A DNA stretch of 64,000 nucleotides from an uncultured delta proteobacterium (GTDB taxonomy: Bacteria; Desulfobacterota; Binatia; Binatales; Binataceae): contig CAWEEQ010000004.1 in assembly GCA_963808235.1 (NCBI GenBank), forward strand, positions 1,344,001 to 1,408,000, in the 5' to 3' direction. The notes beneath the pieces were generated by a model. The model was not told the origin of the DNA, searched no databases, and worked only from the letters and a program-made list of their open reading frames with translations. The translations under genes and the position numbers were made by a program. Positions 32,645 to 44,433 of this stretch are shown piece after piece; the stretch's first letter is position 1; the number at the start of each line of letters is the position of its first letter.

Positions 32645-33589
32645 TCAGCATCCTGCTATGATCGCATCGAAAATATCGGGGTTCTTACGATTGTTGAACC
32701 GGAACGAAAACTCATTCAGATAGAGCGGGAGATATTCGCGGCTGACGTGATGATAGTTGCCGATGATCCCGCGCTTGAGTAGCGACCAGAACGATTCAAT
32801 CGTGTTCGTGTGCACTGTGCCGACAACGTACTCTCCGGCGCTATGGCTAACAGTTTTATGCGGATAGCCGAGTTTGCGGAGATACTGATAACCGCCATGT
32901 TCATCGGTCGCCAGCAAGCGGAGTTTCTGAGGCTCCGCGACCGCTTGCTCAACAAATCGCTCGTAAGTTTCCGCACTGGTTTCCTCTAGCGATTGGCAGA
33001 CGATATTGCCCTTGCGGGAGATCGCGCCGATAACCGCCGTCTTGGATGCGTGAGCGCCTTTTTTGCCTAGCCGCTTGTTCCGATGCTTGTTCTGCTCTTT
33101 GCCGCCAATATAAGTCTCATCAACCTCGACTTCTCCCTCTAACGGCAGAACATCGCCCTGCATCGCGGCACGGATGCGCGTGCACATATACCATGCGGTT
33201 TCATACGAGCCGGTTCCGATCATCCGATGGATTTGAAGTGCGCTCATTCCCTTCTTGCTTGAGAACATCAGGAAGATCACCGTGAACCATTCACGCAACG
33301 GATAGTTCGTGTTCTCAAAGATCGTGCGCGTGATGACGCTGAACCGATAACCGTTTTGCTTGTTGCAGACCGATACCAAACCAGTCTGCTTGTCCACGGT
33401 CTCTTTGCCGCTCTTGCAGAGATAATGAAACGGTCTCGCCTTGAGCGTGTAGGCTTTCTCTCCGCATCGCGGGCACTTGACCACGCCATCCGGCCAGCGC
33501 TTCTTGGCGAGGAACGTGCGGCACGCTTCCTCATTCGGAAACCGCTGAAGTAGCTCGCGGAGCGTCAGTTGGTTTGCCGTCATATTCAT
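32645..33589 (-). CDS. IS1595-family (ISXO2-like) DDE transposase
   Basis: Zn ribbon CPRC, HTH SALQIHRMIG...AWYM, VEVDETYIGG, TDEHGGY, HTNTIESFW, YLNEFSFRFN. Confidence 0.95.
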   Translation of the reverse strand: MNMTANQLTLRELLQRFPNEEACRTFLAKKRWPDGVVKCPRCGEKAYTLKARPFHYLCKSGKETVDKQTGLVSVCNKQNGYRFSVITRTIFENTNYPLREWFTVIFLMFSSKKGMSALQIHRMIGTGSYETAWYMCTRIRAAMQGDVLPLEGEVEVDETYIGGKEQNKHRNKRLGKKGAHASKTAVIGAISRKGNIVCQSLEETSAETYERFVEQAVAEPQKLRLLATDEHGGYQYLRKLGYPHKTVSHSAGEYVVGTVHTNTIESFWSLLKRGIIGNYHHVSREYLPLYLNEFSFRFNNRKNPDIFDAIIAGC

Positions 33590-33596
33590 AACGAAT

Positions 33597-33625
33597 AATA
33601 TAGCAACGGCAAGGGTCGGTGTCAA
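33597..33625 (-). promoter_or_regulatory. Sigma70 promoter of the transposase, overlapping the terminal repeat
   Basis: TTGACA-17 bp-TATATT, followed 7 nt later by the ATG; no SD (leaderless-type). Confidence 0.7.
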
Positions 33626-33661
33626 GTAGCGGATAGTCCCCAACAAGTTCAGCACAAACAG

Positions 33662-34633
33662 ATGGCAAAAACTGTCTCGGGGGATCGGTTGAGTATTGAC
33701 GTTACCTACCGGATTGCGCGCGAGGACGATCTGTCCGCGATGCGGCTGGTGCAGAGCAAGTCGCTGTACGATCTGCTCGTGACTCGCGGCGGCAGCGACC
33801 CTTCGATTGTCCCGATCACCGACGAGCCGAGCACCGAGATGCGGCTCGTATTGCAGACCGATCCGAAGCTCGCGTGGATCGCGATCGAAGACAGACGCCC
33901 GATTGGGTTCAGCGTGGGATTCGTGCGTGACGAGTTGTGGTTCCTCGCGGACTTGTTCGTGCTTCCGGAGGCGCAAGGCAAGGGCGTCGGCGCCGAGCTG
34001 CTTAATCGATGCCTCGCGGGCGGGCTCCAGCGCGGCGCGCGCATCCGCGCGGTGGCGTCGAGCCATGACAATAGCGCACGCGTGCTCTATATCCGGGCCG
34101 GGATGGCTCCGCGCTTTCCGCTAATCACATTGCAAGGTCCAGCGCGCGGACTAATCGAGTTGCCGGCGGCGACCGCGAAAATCCGGCAGGTCGAACCATC
34201 GAAAGCATGGTTTCGCAAGCTTCGAGATCTCGATGAAACGATTTGGGGGCATCGGCGCGACGCGGAGCATCGGTTCTGGCTCGACGAATACAAGTTCACC
34301 TGCCTCGCGATTGTCGATGGGTCTCGCGTACTTGGCTACGCTTACTATTCGAGCGCGGCGAGTCGCCCGCCCTGGGACTGTGTGCCGCGCCGAATCGGCC
34401 CGGTCGCCGCGCGGAGTGCGCGAGTACAGCTCTCGTTACTGCGCGCGATCGGCGATGCGTTCGGTAGCGACGCCGACGACCGCGTCGAGATCGGAATTCC
34501 GGGAATCAATATGAGTGCGCTGACGGCGCTGCTTGGTGTGGGATTCAGGATCGATCACGTCGGGCAGTTCATGTCGTCACGAACGTTCGGTAGGTTCGAT
34601 CGGTACCTCCCGTCGGGAGGAACACTCTTATAG
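33662..34633 (+). CDS. GNAT acetyltransferase (two-domain)
   Basis: LFVLPEAQGKGVG acetyl-CoA motif, LYIRAG, C-terminal RIGPVAA. Confidence 0.85.
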   Translation: MAKTVSGDRLSIDVTYRIAREDDLSAMRLVQSKSLYDLLVTRGGSDPSIVPITDEPSTEMRLVLQTDPKLAWIAIEDRRPIGFSVGFVRDELWFLADLFVLPEAQGKGVGAELLNRCLAGGLQRGARIRAVASSHDNSARVLYIRAGMAPRFPLITLQGPARGLIELPAATAKIRQVEPSKAWFRKLRDLDETIWGHRRDAEHRFWLDEYKFTCLAIVDGSRVLGYAYYSSAASRPPWDCVPRRIGPVAARSARVQLSLLRAIGDAFGSDADDRVEIGIPGINMSALTALLGVGFRIDHVGQFMSSRTFGRFDRYLPSGGTLL

Positions 34634-34719
34634 CCGCCTATTTGTGTTGTTAGACGACCGCGGACGCTGTTCGGCGCTGGTTGCTGCCGCGAATACGGTT
34701 AGCTAGAAGCGAGCCTATC

Positions 34720-34812
34720 ATGCGATTTCGCGAAGCCACCCGATGCGACGTGACGGCCGTCGCTACTCTGCACGCTGAGAGCTGGCGGAATCACTATCGC
34801 GGGGCCTATCGG
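34720..34812 (+). pseudogene. Truncated GNAT N-terminus
   Basis: MRFREATRCDVTAVATLHAESWRNHYRGAY is a typical GNAT start, then similarity ends abruptly. Confidence 0.55.
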
Positions 34813-35170
34813 TCGACAAAAGAATACCTCATGACGAATTTGGCAAAAGGGAGCTTTCCGACGATTGCAGATTCAACCCTCTTTAGGGCAAGGAAGAGGG
34901 CGGCCGCCGCCTGAGCTACAGCGTTTTCGAAATCAGACGCGGCGAATGCAGCCTCCGCGTCAGTTAGCAACTGCTTTACTCTCGGATGCTTTACGAGGTC
35001 CACCAGCGACATTTTTTCGAAGTCGAGATCCCAAGCAAGTGAGGAGAGCTTGTGCAAAAAGTCTCTAGAATAGGTTCTGGTATCGCTCACCTCGATAACA
35101 TTGGGGTACCTAGCTTTGAGTTGTGCATCATGCGGAGTGATGAACGTGGAGCAGGTTGCCTCTGTCAGGA
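34806..35170 (-). pseudogene. Degraded hypothetical gene fragment, possibly HEPN-like
   Basis: Frameshifted LPDRGNLLHVH/xLR/DAQLKARYPNVIEVSDTRTYSRDFL...; less GC-rich than flanks. Confidence 0.35.
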
Positions 35171-35478
35171 AGAGACCTCATCCCATGAGATGCGAGAAGG
35201 CTATCAACTTGGTCAATTAGACCCGGAAATCCCTCTGCTGGTGTCTCGAAGGTCGAGGGCGCCAACTGGGGCCGCATCAAGCACCCCGACGCGGCCTCGA
35301 GGCTATGGGTGCAAGAGTTGGAGATGATGGACTAAATTGCGATATCTGGACGACGCAGTGTTGGTAAAGCTGCTTGGCAAACACGAGTTTGCGGCGAGTG
35401 ATCGGGTCAAGCGCGATAGCCACGGATGTTTGCTCTTTAACGTCGGCGCCGGCGCGGCCGGGAGTCCCCCACGACGAA

Positions 35479-35790
35479 TCAGTGTCCGCGCGCTTTTTTT
35501 ACTGCCTCGGCAATGCGCTCGACATCCGGCCAATTCCGTGGCCTCTCAAAACCAGGTATCCCATCGCCGTGGTTCGTTAAATGGAAAAGCCTTTCATCGT
35601 CTGAAAACGGAGGATCTACCTTCGGTCCGATCTCCGCGCCATGGCAAATTCTGCAATGCGAGGGAGCGCGCAACCGAAGCAATTCGTTTCGCTCAAGCTC
35701 TTGAAACTTGCTTTCGACGAGCGTCGTCAGCTTTTTCTCCAGATATGTGCGGAGCCTTTCGAACTCTTCATCGAACTGGTCAGCAGCCAT
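35479..35790 (-). CDS. Small hypothetical protein with possible Zn site
   Basis: GGGGAAG RBS; acidic N-terminal helix; CRIC...HLTNH. Confidence 0.5.
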   Translation of the reverse strand: MAADQFDEEFERLRTYLEKKLTTLVESKFQELERNELLRLRAPSHCRICHGAEIGPKVDPPFSDDERLFHLTNHGDGIPGFERPRNWPDVERIAEAVKKARGH

Positions 35791-35936
35791 GATTGTCTTC
35801 CCCTTGAATAGCTAGTTTATCGCCCTAACGCGGAATATCAAAGTGACGTTTGTGATGACGGTCAAAACTCTCACCTACCGGCCGCTTTGCAGCTGGCCGC
35901 CCTCTCTCGTGAAATAACGGGCGAGCTAAGAATGTT

Positions 35937-36357
35937 CTATGCCAGTAGGTCGCGGCGGGGGAAGAAGAACGCGATTTCCTGCGCGGCGGTTTCTGGGGCG
36001 TCGGAGCCGTGGGTGGAGTTTTGTTCTACGTCGAGGCCGAAGTCTTTGCGGATGGTGCCGAAGTCGGCTTTTTTTGGGTCGGTCGCGCCCATCAGTTGGC
36101 GCCATTTTAAGATTGCGCCTTCGGCTTGCAGCACTGCTACTACCACCGGGCCTGAGGTCATGTACTCGCAGAGGCCGCTGAAGAATGGCTTCGACTTTGT
36201 GGACGTCGTAGAAGCGCTCGGCGTCGGGGCGAGAGAGTTGCAGCTTGCGCATCGCGACTATTTTGAGGCCCGACGATTCGATGCGTTTCAGGATGTCGCC
36301 GGTTAGTCCGCGGCGGACTGCGTCGGGTTTTAGGATGGCGAGAGTTTGTTCGATCAA
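35937..36357 (-). CDS. ndk: Nucleoside diphosphate kinase (one +1 frameshift near 36197)
   Basis: [10 protein letters not shown] in the 5' frame; MTSGP, GTIRKDF, NSTHGSD in the 3' frame. Confidence 0.93.
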
Positions 36358-36424
36358 AGTTTATTCTCCCGTATCAGTGGTCGGCTCCGCGTGCCCTAAG
36401 CGGAGTTGAAGGGTTTTGCGCCGA

Positions 36425-36468
36425 GAAAGATCCGGGGTCCCTCGGCTACGCTCGGGATGACACAAAAA
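36425..36468. repeat. REP-like hairpin, copy 1
   Basis: gaaagatccggggtccctcggctacgctcgggatgacacaaaaa; near-identical copy at 37443. Confidence 0.75.
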
Positions 36469-36511
36469 CCAGAGCTGGACGGGGTGCTCGCGAGGGTATG
36501 TTCCATCGTGA

Positions 36512-37390
36512 TTACTTCTTGCCTTCGAGCACGGATTTCATCGTGGAGCCGAGATCGGCGGGGCTCATTGCGACTGTGATGCCGGCGGCTTTCAGAGCGG
36601 CGATTTTGTCGGAGGCGGTGCCGCGGCCGCCGGAGATGATTGCGCCCGCGTGGCCCATCCGGCGGCCTTTCGGGGCGGTCTGTCCGGCAATAAACGCGAC
36701 TACAGGTTTCTTAAAGTGTTGCTTTATGTATTCGGCGGCCTCTTCTTCGGCGGTGCCGCCGATCTCGCCTATCATTATAACTGCGCGGGTTTTCGGATCG
36801 TCGTTGAAAAGTTTCAGCGAGTCGATGTGGCTGGTGCCGACGATCGGATCGCCGCCGATTCCGATGCAGCTCGATTGGCCGATGCCGAGTTGGGTGAGCT
36901 GATACACGGCTTCGTAGGTGAGGGTGCCGGAGCGCGAGACGACGCCTACGTCGCCCTGTTTGTGGATGTAGCCGGGCATGATGCCGATTTTGCATTCGCC
37001 GGGCGTGATGATGCCGGGGCAGTTGGGGCCGATGAGGCGCGATTTCGAGCCGGCCATGTACGCTTTCACTTTGACCATGTCGAGGACGGGGACGCCCTCG
37101 GTGATGCAGATGACGAGTTCGATGCCGGCGGAGACCGCTTCGAGAATCGCGTCGGCGGCGAATGCCGGCGGCACGTAAATCACGGTCGCGTCGCATCCGG
37201 TGGATTCGCGGGCATCTTCGACAGTGTTGAAAATCGGGATGCCTTCGAAGTCGGTGCCGCCTTTGCCGGGGACGACGCCGCCGACCATTTGGGTGCCGTA
37301 TTCCTTGCACGCGCGAGTGTGCAGCTGGCCGACCGCGCCGGTGATTCCCTGGGTTAGCACGCGGGTGTTTTTGTTTACTAGGATGCTCAT
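36512..37390 (-). CDS. sucD: Succinyl-CoA synthetase alpha subunit
   Basis: [23 protein letters not shown]. Confidence 0.98.
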   Translation of the reverse strand: MSILVNKNTRVLTQGITGAVGQLHTRACKEYGTQMVGGVVPGKGGTDFEGIPIFNTVEDARESTGCDATVIYVPPAFAADAILEAVSAGIELVICITEGVPVLDMVKVKAYMAGSKSRLIGPNCPGIITPGECKIGIMPGYIHKQGDVGVVSRSGTLTYEAVYQLTQLGIGQSSCIGIGGDPIVGTSHIDSLKLFNDDPKTRAVIMIGEIGGTAEEEAAEYIKQHFKKPVVAFIAGQTAPKGRRMGHAGAIISGGRGTASDKIAALKAAGITVAMSPADLGSTMKSVLEGKK

Positions 37391-37442
37391 TGGAAAATCA
37401 CGCGTCGATGGTTAGTGGATGGTGTGGTGTTGTGAGCGTCGT

Positions 37443-37650
37443 GAAAGATCCGGGTTCCTTCACTTCGTTCAGGATGACACAAAAAGGGGCGCGGGTGTTT
37501 TTGTTCACTAGGATGATCATCGAGACTTCATCCTTGCCCGTTCTCCGGAAATCACAGGCAGGGACGCCTGTGCCACTGGATCAACCCGGAATTTTGATCT
37601 TGGACCCTCACCCGCGCCGTTGGCGCGGCCTCTCCCTGTCAGGGAGAGGC
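37443..37650. repeat. Cluster of REP-like hairpins plus duplicated sucD start
   Basis: REP copy 2 at 37443-37485; 37490-37520 repeats 37360-37390; cacaggc-agggac-gcctgtg at 37553-37572; ccctcacccgcgcc...cctctccctgtcagggagagg at 37605-37650. Confidence 0.75.
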
Positions 37651-37697
37651 GAGGAATCGCCGAGATTTGATTTTCGTTCTTTAACATCCAACACCTG

Positions 37698-38861
37698 CTA
37701 GGCTCCGATTTCTTTTACTATTCGGTGGGCGGCGTCGGCCATGTTGGTGGCTGTGATCACCTTGATGCCGGAGTCGGCGAGGATTTTCTTGCCCTCGGTG
37801 ACGTTGGTGCCTTCCATCCGTACTACCAGCGGGACGTTGAGCTTCACCTGTTTTGCGGCCTCGACGACGCCTTGCGCGAGCACGTCGCATCGCATGATGC
37901 CGCCGAAGATGTTGATCAGCACGCCTTTGACGCGCTTGTCGGCGAGCAGGATGCGGAACGCGGCGGCGACTTTCTCGGTGCTCGCGCCGCCGCCGACGTC
38001 GAGGAAGTTGGCCGGCTCGGCGCCATAGATTTTCACGATGTCCATCGTGGCCATCGCGAGTCCCGCGCCATTGACCATGCATCCGATGTTGCCGTCGAGG
38101 TGCACGTAGCTGAGATCGAACTTCGCGGCCTCGGTCTCGGCGGGATCTTCCTCGTTGGGGTCGCGCAGCTCGCGGATGTCAGCGTGACGGATGAGGCCGT
38201 TGTCGTCGAACGACATTTTCGCGTCGAGGCAGATCACACGGCCGTCGGTGGTGACGACCAGCGGATTGATTTCTATCAGCGATGCGTCGGTCTCGATGAA
38301 GGCCTTGTAGATCGACGCGAGCATCGTAGCGAACTGTCCGACCTGCTTGTCCTTGAGCCCGAGTGCGAACGCGATCTTGCGCGCCTGGAATCCCGCGACG
38401 CCGAGCAATGGATTGATGAACTCGGTGAGAATCTTCTGCGGCGTCTTGGCGGCGACTTCTTCGATGTCCATGCCGCCTTCGGTGCTCGCGATCACGGCGA
38501 CCGAGCCGGCCTTTCGATCGACGAGCATCCCGAGGTACAGCTCGCGCGCGATTTGGCTCGCCTCCTCGACGTACATGTGACGGACGACGCGGCCCTCGGG
38601 GCCGGTCTGATGCGTCACGAGCGGCTTGCCGAGCAAGTTTGCGGCGAAGTCGCGCGCTTCGTCGGCGCTCGAGAGGAGTTTCACACCGCCGGCTTTGCCA
38701 CGTCCGCCCGCATGGATCTGCACTTTGACGACGGCTTTCGGTTGGCCCAGCGCTTTGAATGCGGACGCGACTTCGTCGGGGGTCGACGCGGGCTGTCCTT
38801 TGGGGACGGGGACGCCGAAGCGGGCGAGGATTTGTTTGGCTTGGTATTCGTGGATGTTCAT
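37698..38861 (-). CDS. sucC: Succinyl-CoA synthetase beta subunit
   Basis: [34 protein letters not shown]. Confidence 0.98.
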   Translation of the reverse strand: MNIHEYQAKQILARFGVPVPKGQPASTPDEVASAFKALGQPKAVVKVQIHAGGRGKAGGVKLLSSADEARDFAANLLGKPLVTHQTGPEGRVVRHMYVEEASQIARELYLGMLVDRKAGSVAVIASTEGGMDIEEVAAKTPQKILTEFINPLLGVAGFQARKIAFALGLKDKQVGQFATMLASIYKAFIETDASLIEINPLVVTTDGRVICLDAKMSFDDNGLIRHADIRELRDPNEEDPAETEAAKFDLSYVHLDGNIGCMVNGAGLAMATMDIVKIYGAEPANFLDVGGGASTEKVAAAFRILLADKRVKGVLINIFGGIMRCDVLAQGVVEAAKQVKLNVPLVVRMEGTNVTEGKKILADSGIKVITATNMADAAHRIVKEIGA

Positions 38862-38938
38862 TCGGTTACCTTAAGAGGTGCATTCGGCGAGATGCAAATT
38901 CGATGGGCTCCGTGCACACCTCGAGCATTCACGTTCGC

Positions 38939-39271
38939 TCACGTCGCCAATAACTTTCCGACCGTTGCCGACACGGCGCGTTGGTCCGTTCGAGATAGGC
39001 TACCCGTTTTGTGCAGAATGAGCCGATTGTCCAGAGTAAAGAGTTTCATGCGAACTTTTGACGAGGCTTGCAGGCCCGCCTGTCCAGCGTCGATCGCGAC
39101 ATCCATCGGCCATGGAGCGTTGCTGGCGCTAGTTATCATTGCCAAGACCGTGTGACCGCTCTCATCACTAAAACTCTCTGAAGAAAGAGCCAGCGCCGGT
39201 CGACGCTTGCTCGCTCGCCGGTCAGTGAAGGGAAAAGGCACAACTACAACGTCGAAGGGTTTACAGGTCAC
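38939..39271 (-). CDS. PemK/MazF-family toxin
   Basis: VVVPFPFTD...KRRPAL...AMITS. Confidence 0.9.
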   Translation of the reverse strand: MTCKPFDVVVVPFPFTDRRASKRRPALALSSESFSDESGHTVLAMITSASNAPWPMDVAIDAGQAGLQASSKVRMKLFTLDNRLILHKTGSLSRTDQRAVSATVGKLLAT

Positions 39272-39521
39272 GATAGGCGCGATCGTCGTTTTTCGAGTTC
39301 CACTCCGACAAGGTCTTCTCCAATGCCAAGAGGAACTCGAGATCGAGGGGCTCCGCTTTGCGGATACGGACTGTACCGGCTTTCGGCTCTTCGAATATCA
39401 CGGTATCGCCTGGTTTCAGATGCAAGCGTTTGCGAACGGACAATGGAACCGTGGCCTGACCTTTAGTCGTAAGCCGGCTGGTAGCGATTGCTTGAACGGC
39501 TGCACGCTTTGAACGAGCCAT
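39261..39521 (-). CDS. AbrB/MazE-family antitoxin
   Basis: SRLTTKGQATVP..VRKRL.LKPGD; overlaps the toxin start. Confidence 0.9.
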   Translation of the reverse strand: MARSKRAAVQAIATSRLTTKGQATVPLSVRKRLHLKPGDTVIFEEPKAGTVRIRKAEPLDLEFLLALEKTLSEWNSKNDDRAYRDL

Positions 39522-39539
39522 AATTAGTCAATCCCAAGA

Positions 39540-39565
39540 AGTAATACCTTACTACCATTATTACT
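39540..39565. promoter_or_regulatory. Putative TA autoregulatory operator
   Basis: Inverted repeat AGTAATA-N12-TATTACT 18 bp upstream of the antitoxin. Confidence 0.55.
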
Positions 39566-39595
39566 GCATCGAGTCTGAACCGGCAATATCGTCAT

Positions 39596-40345
39596 TTACG
39601 CGCTGCGGCGGAACATGCGGAATAGTTTTTTGATTGGATCGTAAAACTCGTCGGCTACGCGCTCCTTCAATGGGATGATCGCGTTATCGGTGATGTGAAT
39701 GTCTTCGGGGCATACGTTGGTGCAGCACTTGGTGATGTTGCAGTAGCCGATGCCGTAATCGTTCTTCAGCGCGGCGACGCGGTTGCCGGTGTCGAGCGGA
39801 TGCATCTCGAGCGCGGCGGTGAAGACCAGCAGGCGCGGGCCGATGAACTCGTCTTCGAGCTCATGGTCGCGCAACACGTGGCATACGTCCTGGCACAGGA
39901 AGCATTCGATGCACTTGCGGAATTCCTGGACGCGCTCGATGTCCTCCTGCTGGATGCGCCAACTGCCGTCGGGAGCGTCTGGCTTGCGCGGCGCGAACTT
40001 CGGAATTTTTTTCTTGGTGTCGAAGTTCCACTTGACCTTGGTGACGAGATCCTTGATGCGCGGAAAAGTATGCATCGGCTCGATGCTGATCGGCTCGCCG
40101 ACCGGCAGCGTGTCCATCCGGGTCATGCACATCAGGCGCGGATGGCCGTTGATTTCCGCGGAGCATGAGCCGCACTTGCCGGCCTTGCAATTCCATCGCA
40201 CGGCGAGATCGTTCGCTTGCTCGGCCTGGATCTGATGCACGACGTCGAGCACGACCATCCCTTCATCGACGCGGGCCTTGTACTCCTTGAAGTCGCCGCC
40301 AGTGGCGTCGCCGCGCCAGATGAGGAAGGTTGCGTCGGTGCTCAC
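39596..40345 (-). CDS. sdhB: Succinate dehydrogenase/fumarate reductase Fe-S subunit
   Basis: CKAGKCGSC, CIECFLCQDVC, CNITKCCTNVCP; GTG start overlapping the sdhA stop. Confidence 0.93.
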   Translation of the reverse strand: MSTDATFLIWRGDATGGDFKEYKARVDEGMVVLDVVHQIQAEQANDLAVRWNCKAGKCGSCSAEINGHPRLMCMTRMDTLPVGEPISIEPMHTFPRIKDLVTKVKWNFDTKKKIPKFAPRKPDAPDGSWRIQQEDIERVQEFRKCIECFLCQDVCHVLRDHELEDEFIGPRLLVFTAALEMHPLDTGNRVAALKNDYGIGYCNITKCCTNVCPEDIHITDNAIIPLKERVADEFYDPIKKLFRMFRRSA

Positions 40346-42155
40346 TTGTTTTCCTCGATGATCTGTTTCAACTCGGGCGGCATTTCCTTGATCGTGTCGC
40401 GGCGAATGTTCATCCCGCCGTCGCTTTTCGTCGTGATGACATTTACTTTTGCGAACTCGTCGCTCTTGTCCGGGAAGTCGTCGCGGAAATGTCCGCCGCG
40501 GCTTTCCTTGCGTTCGATCGCGCATCGCGCGATGCACTCGGAGACCATCAGCAAGTTGCGCAAATCGAGCGCAGTGTGCCAGCCGTTGTTGTACATGCGG
40601 TTGCCGTCGACGCGGACATGCTCGGCGCGGCGCTTGTATTCCTCGATCTTCGCGAGCGCCTCGACCATCTCGTTTTCGCGGCGCGCGATACCGACCAGGT
40701 TCTGCATCGTGTCCTGCAGCTCGAACTGAATCGCGTAGGGTGCCTCGGTCTTGTCGGTGTGAGGTTCGAACGGGCGCAGCGAGAGTTTGAGCGCGTCGTC
40801 AACCTGGCGCGGGTTGATTTTGCCGAAGTCGTGCTCCTTGGCGAACATCGCGGCAAATGCTCCGGCGCGTTGGCCGAAGACCAGCAAATCAGAGAGCGAG
40901 TTGCCGCCGAGGCGATTTGCGCCGTGCAATCCCGCAGCTGCCTCGCCGGCGGCATAGAGGCCGGGCGTCGTCGAGCTTTGGGTGTCACCATCGACGCGAA
41001 TCCCGCCCATCACGTAGTGCGTAGTCGGTCCGATTTCCATCGGGACCTTGGTGATGTCGACATTCGCGAGCTTGATGAACTGGTGATACATCGAGGGCAG
41101 CTTGCGCTTGATGTGCTCCTCGGCGTTCGGGAGCTTCTCCTTGATCCACGCGATGTCGAGGAAGACGCCACCGTGCGGGCTGCCCCGACCTTCGCGAACT
41201 TCGCGGACGATCATGCGGGCGACGTGATCGCGAGTCAGCAGCTCGGGCGGACGACGCGCACTTTTGTCGCCCTGGGTGTAGCGCCAGCCTTCTTCCTCGT
41301 TGTCGGCGGTCGAACTTTTGTAGGCGTCGGGGATCTCGCCGAACAGGAAACGCTCCCCTTTGCTGTTGCGCAGGACACCGCCCTCTCCGCGCACTCCTTC
41401 GGTGACCAGGATTCCGGCGACGCTCAGCGGCCAGATCATGCCGGTCGGATGGAACTGGACGAACTCCATGTCCATCAGCTCGGCACCGGCGTTGTATGCC
41501 AGCGCCTGGCCGTCGCCGGTGTACTCCCAACTGTTGGAAGTGATCTTGTAGGCGCGGCCGATTCCGCCGGTCGCGATGACGACGGCTTTCGCGCGCCACA
41601 GGTAGAAGAAGCCGCGCTCGCGATCGTAGCCGAACGCGCCGGCGATTCGGCCGTCGTCGACGAGCAGCGAGACGACGGTGGTTTCCATGTAAACGTCGAG
41701 GCCGCGATGAATCCCGTTGTCCTGGAGCACGCGGATCATCTCGAGGCCGGTGCGGTCGCCGACGTGCGCCAGGCGTGGATAACGATGGCCGCCGAAGTTG
41801 CGCTGGAGGATTTTGCCGTCCTTGGTGCGATCGAACGCGGCGCCCCACTCCTCGAGTTCGTGCACTCGTGCGGGGGCTTCCTTGGCGTGCAGCTCGGCCA
41901 TCCGCCAGTTGTTCACATACTGGCCGCCGCGCATCGTGTCGGCAAAATGAACTTTCCAATTGTCGCGATCGTCGACGTTGCCCATCGCCGCCGCGACTCC
42001 GCCCTCGGCCATCACGGTGTGAGCCTTGCCGAGAAGCGATTTGCAGATCAGCGCGACCTTCGCACCGCCGGCGGACGCCTCGATCGCGGCGCGCAGTCCG
42101 GCGCCGCCGGCACCGATCACCAGCACATCGTGTTGCCGCTCTTCGTATTCAGCCA

Positions 42156-42156
<1 letters not shown>
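40342..42156 (-). CDS. sdhA: Succinate dehydrogenase/fumarate reductase flavoprotein
   Basis: GAGGAG, AHTVMAEGG, QFHPT, HYVMGG, HGANRLGGNSL. Confidence 0.95.
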
Positions 42157-43948
<1,792 letters not shown>

Positions 43949-44433
43949 CTAATAACTGTATTGTTGTCTATGAGCAATACTTAAGTGCGTGAAACGGAAG
44001 GGACCTCCAGCCGGGGCCCCGAGACGTGCGATCAATAGCAACGTTTGGTGATGTTGTGAAGCAAGCCGCAGCGATTTGGTCCGCGTCCTCGCCTCCAGTC
44101 GCAACGGAAGGATACCGTGCCGGTCGTGAATCTCCGAAAATGTGAATCGTGAAATAAATGCCTACCGTCTTGATCACAATTTCAGCGGGCTGAGCGAAAA
44201 TTCAGCTACTGAAATATTTCTGACCACGGACGGACCAGATCTTGCTCTAGCACAAGTCGCTTTCTGGGGCGGGTCGTGTGTGGGGGGTGCAAGAGTTTCA
44301 TTCATAGGTAGGGCGATTCGCTCGCAGCGATGAGTCTTACGCAAAGGTCGCAGTGCGTTCGTAAACTGCGAGGCAATTTTCCGCGTCACGTGCCAGCCAC
44401 GAAGGGCGCGCATCGGACTGTTGGAGCCTTACG

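Larger units (their letters stand above)
30959..33641 (-). mobile_element. IS1595-family element with passenger genes (2683 bp)
   Basis: 8-bp direct repeat AACAAGTT at 30951-30958 and 33642-33649; imperfect TIRs GGGACATCCCCAACGTGACAC versus GGGGACTATCCGCTACTTGACAC; ISXO2-like transposase; interior less GC-rich than flanks. Confidence 0.85.

Noticed and set aside
32576-32782. 68-aa plus-strand ORF MEALVAPAC...
   Set aside because: Antisense shadow of the IS1595 transposase 3' end
32645-34066. 473-aa extended transposase from the ORF track
   Set aside because: The extension crosses the TIR/TSD and is antisense to the GNAT gene; the real start is 33589 or 33583
44179-44217. Hairpin ATTTCAG..GCTGA..TCAGC..CTGAAAT in the long mdh/DUF6351 intergenic region
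   Set aside because: Single imperfect stem with no recognisable riboswitch or ncRNA motif
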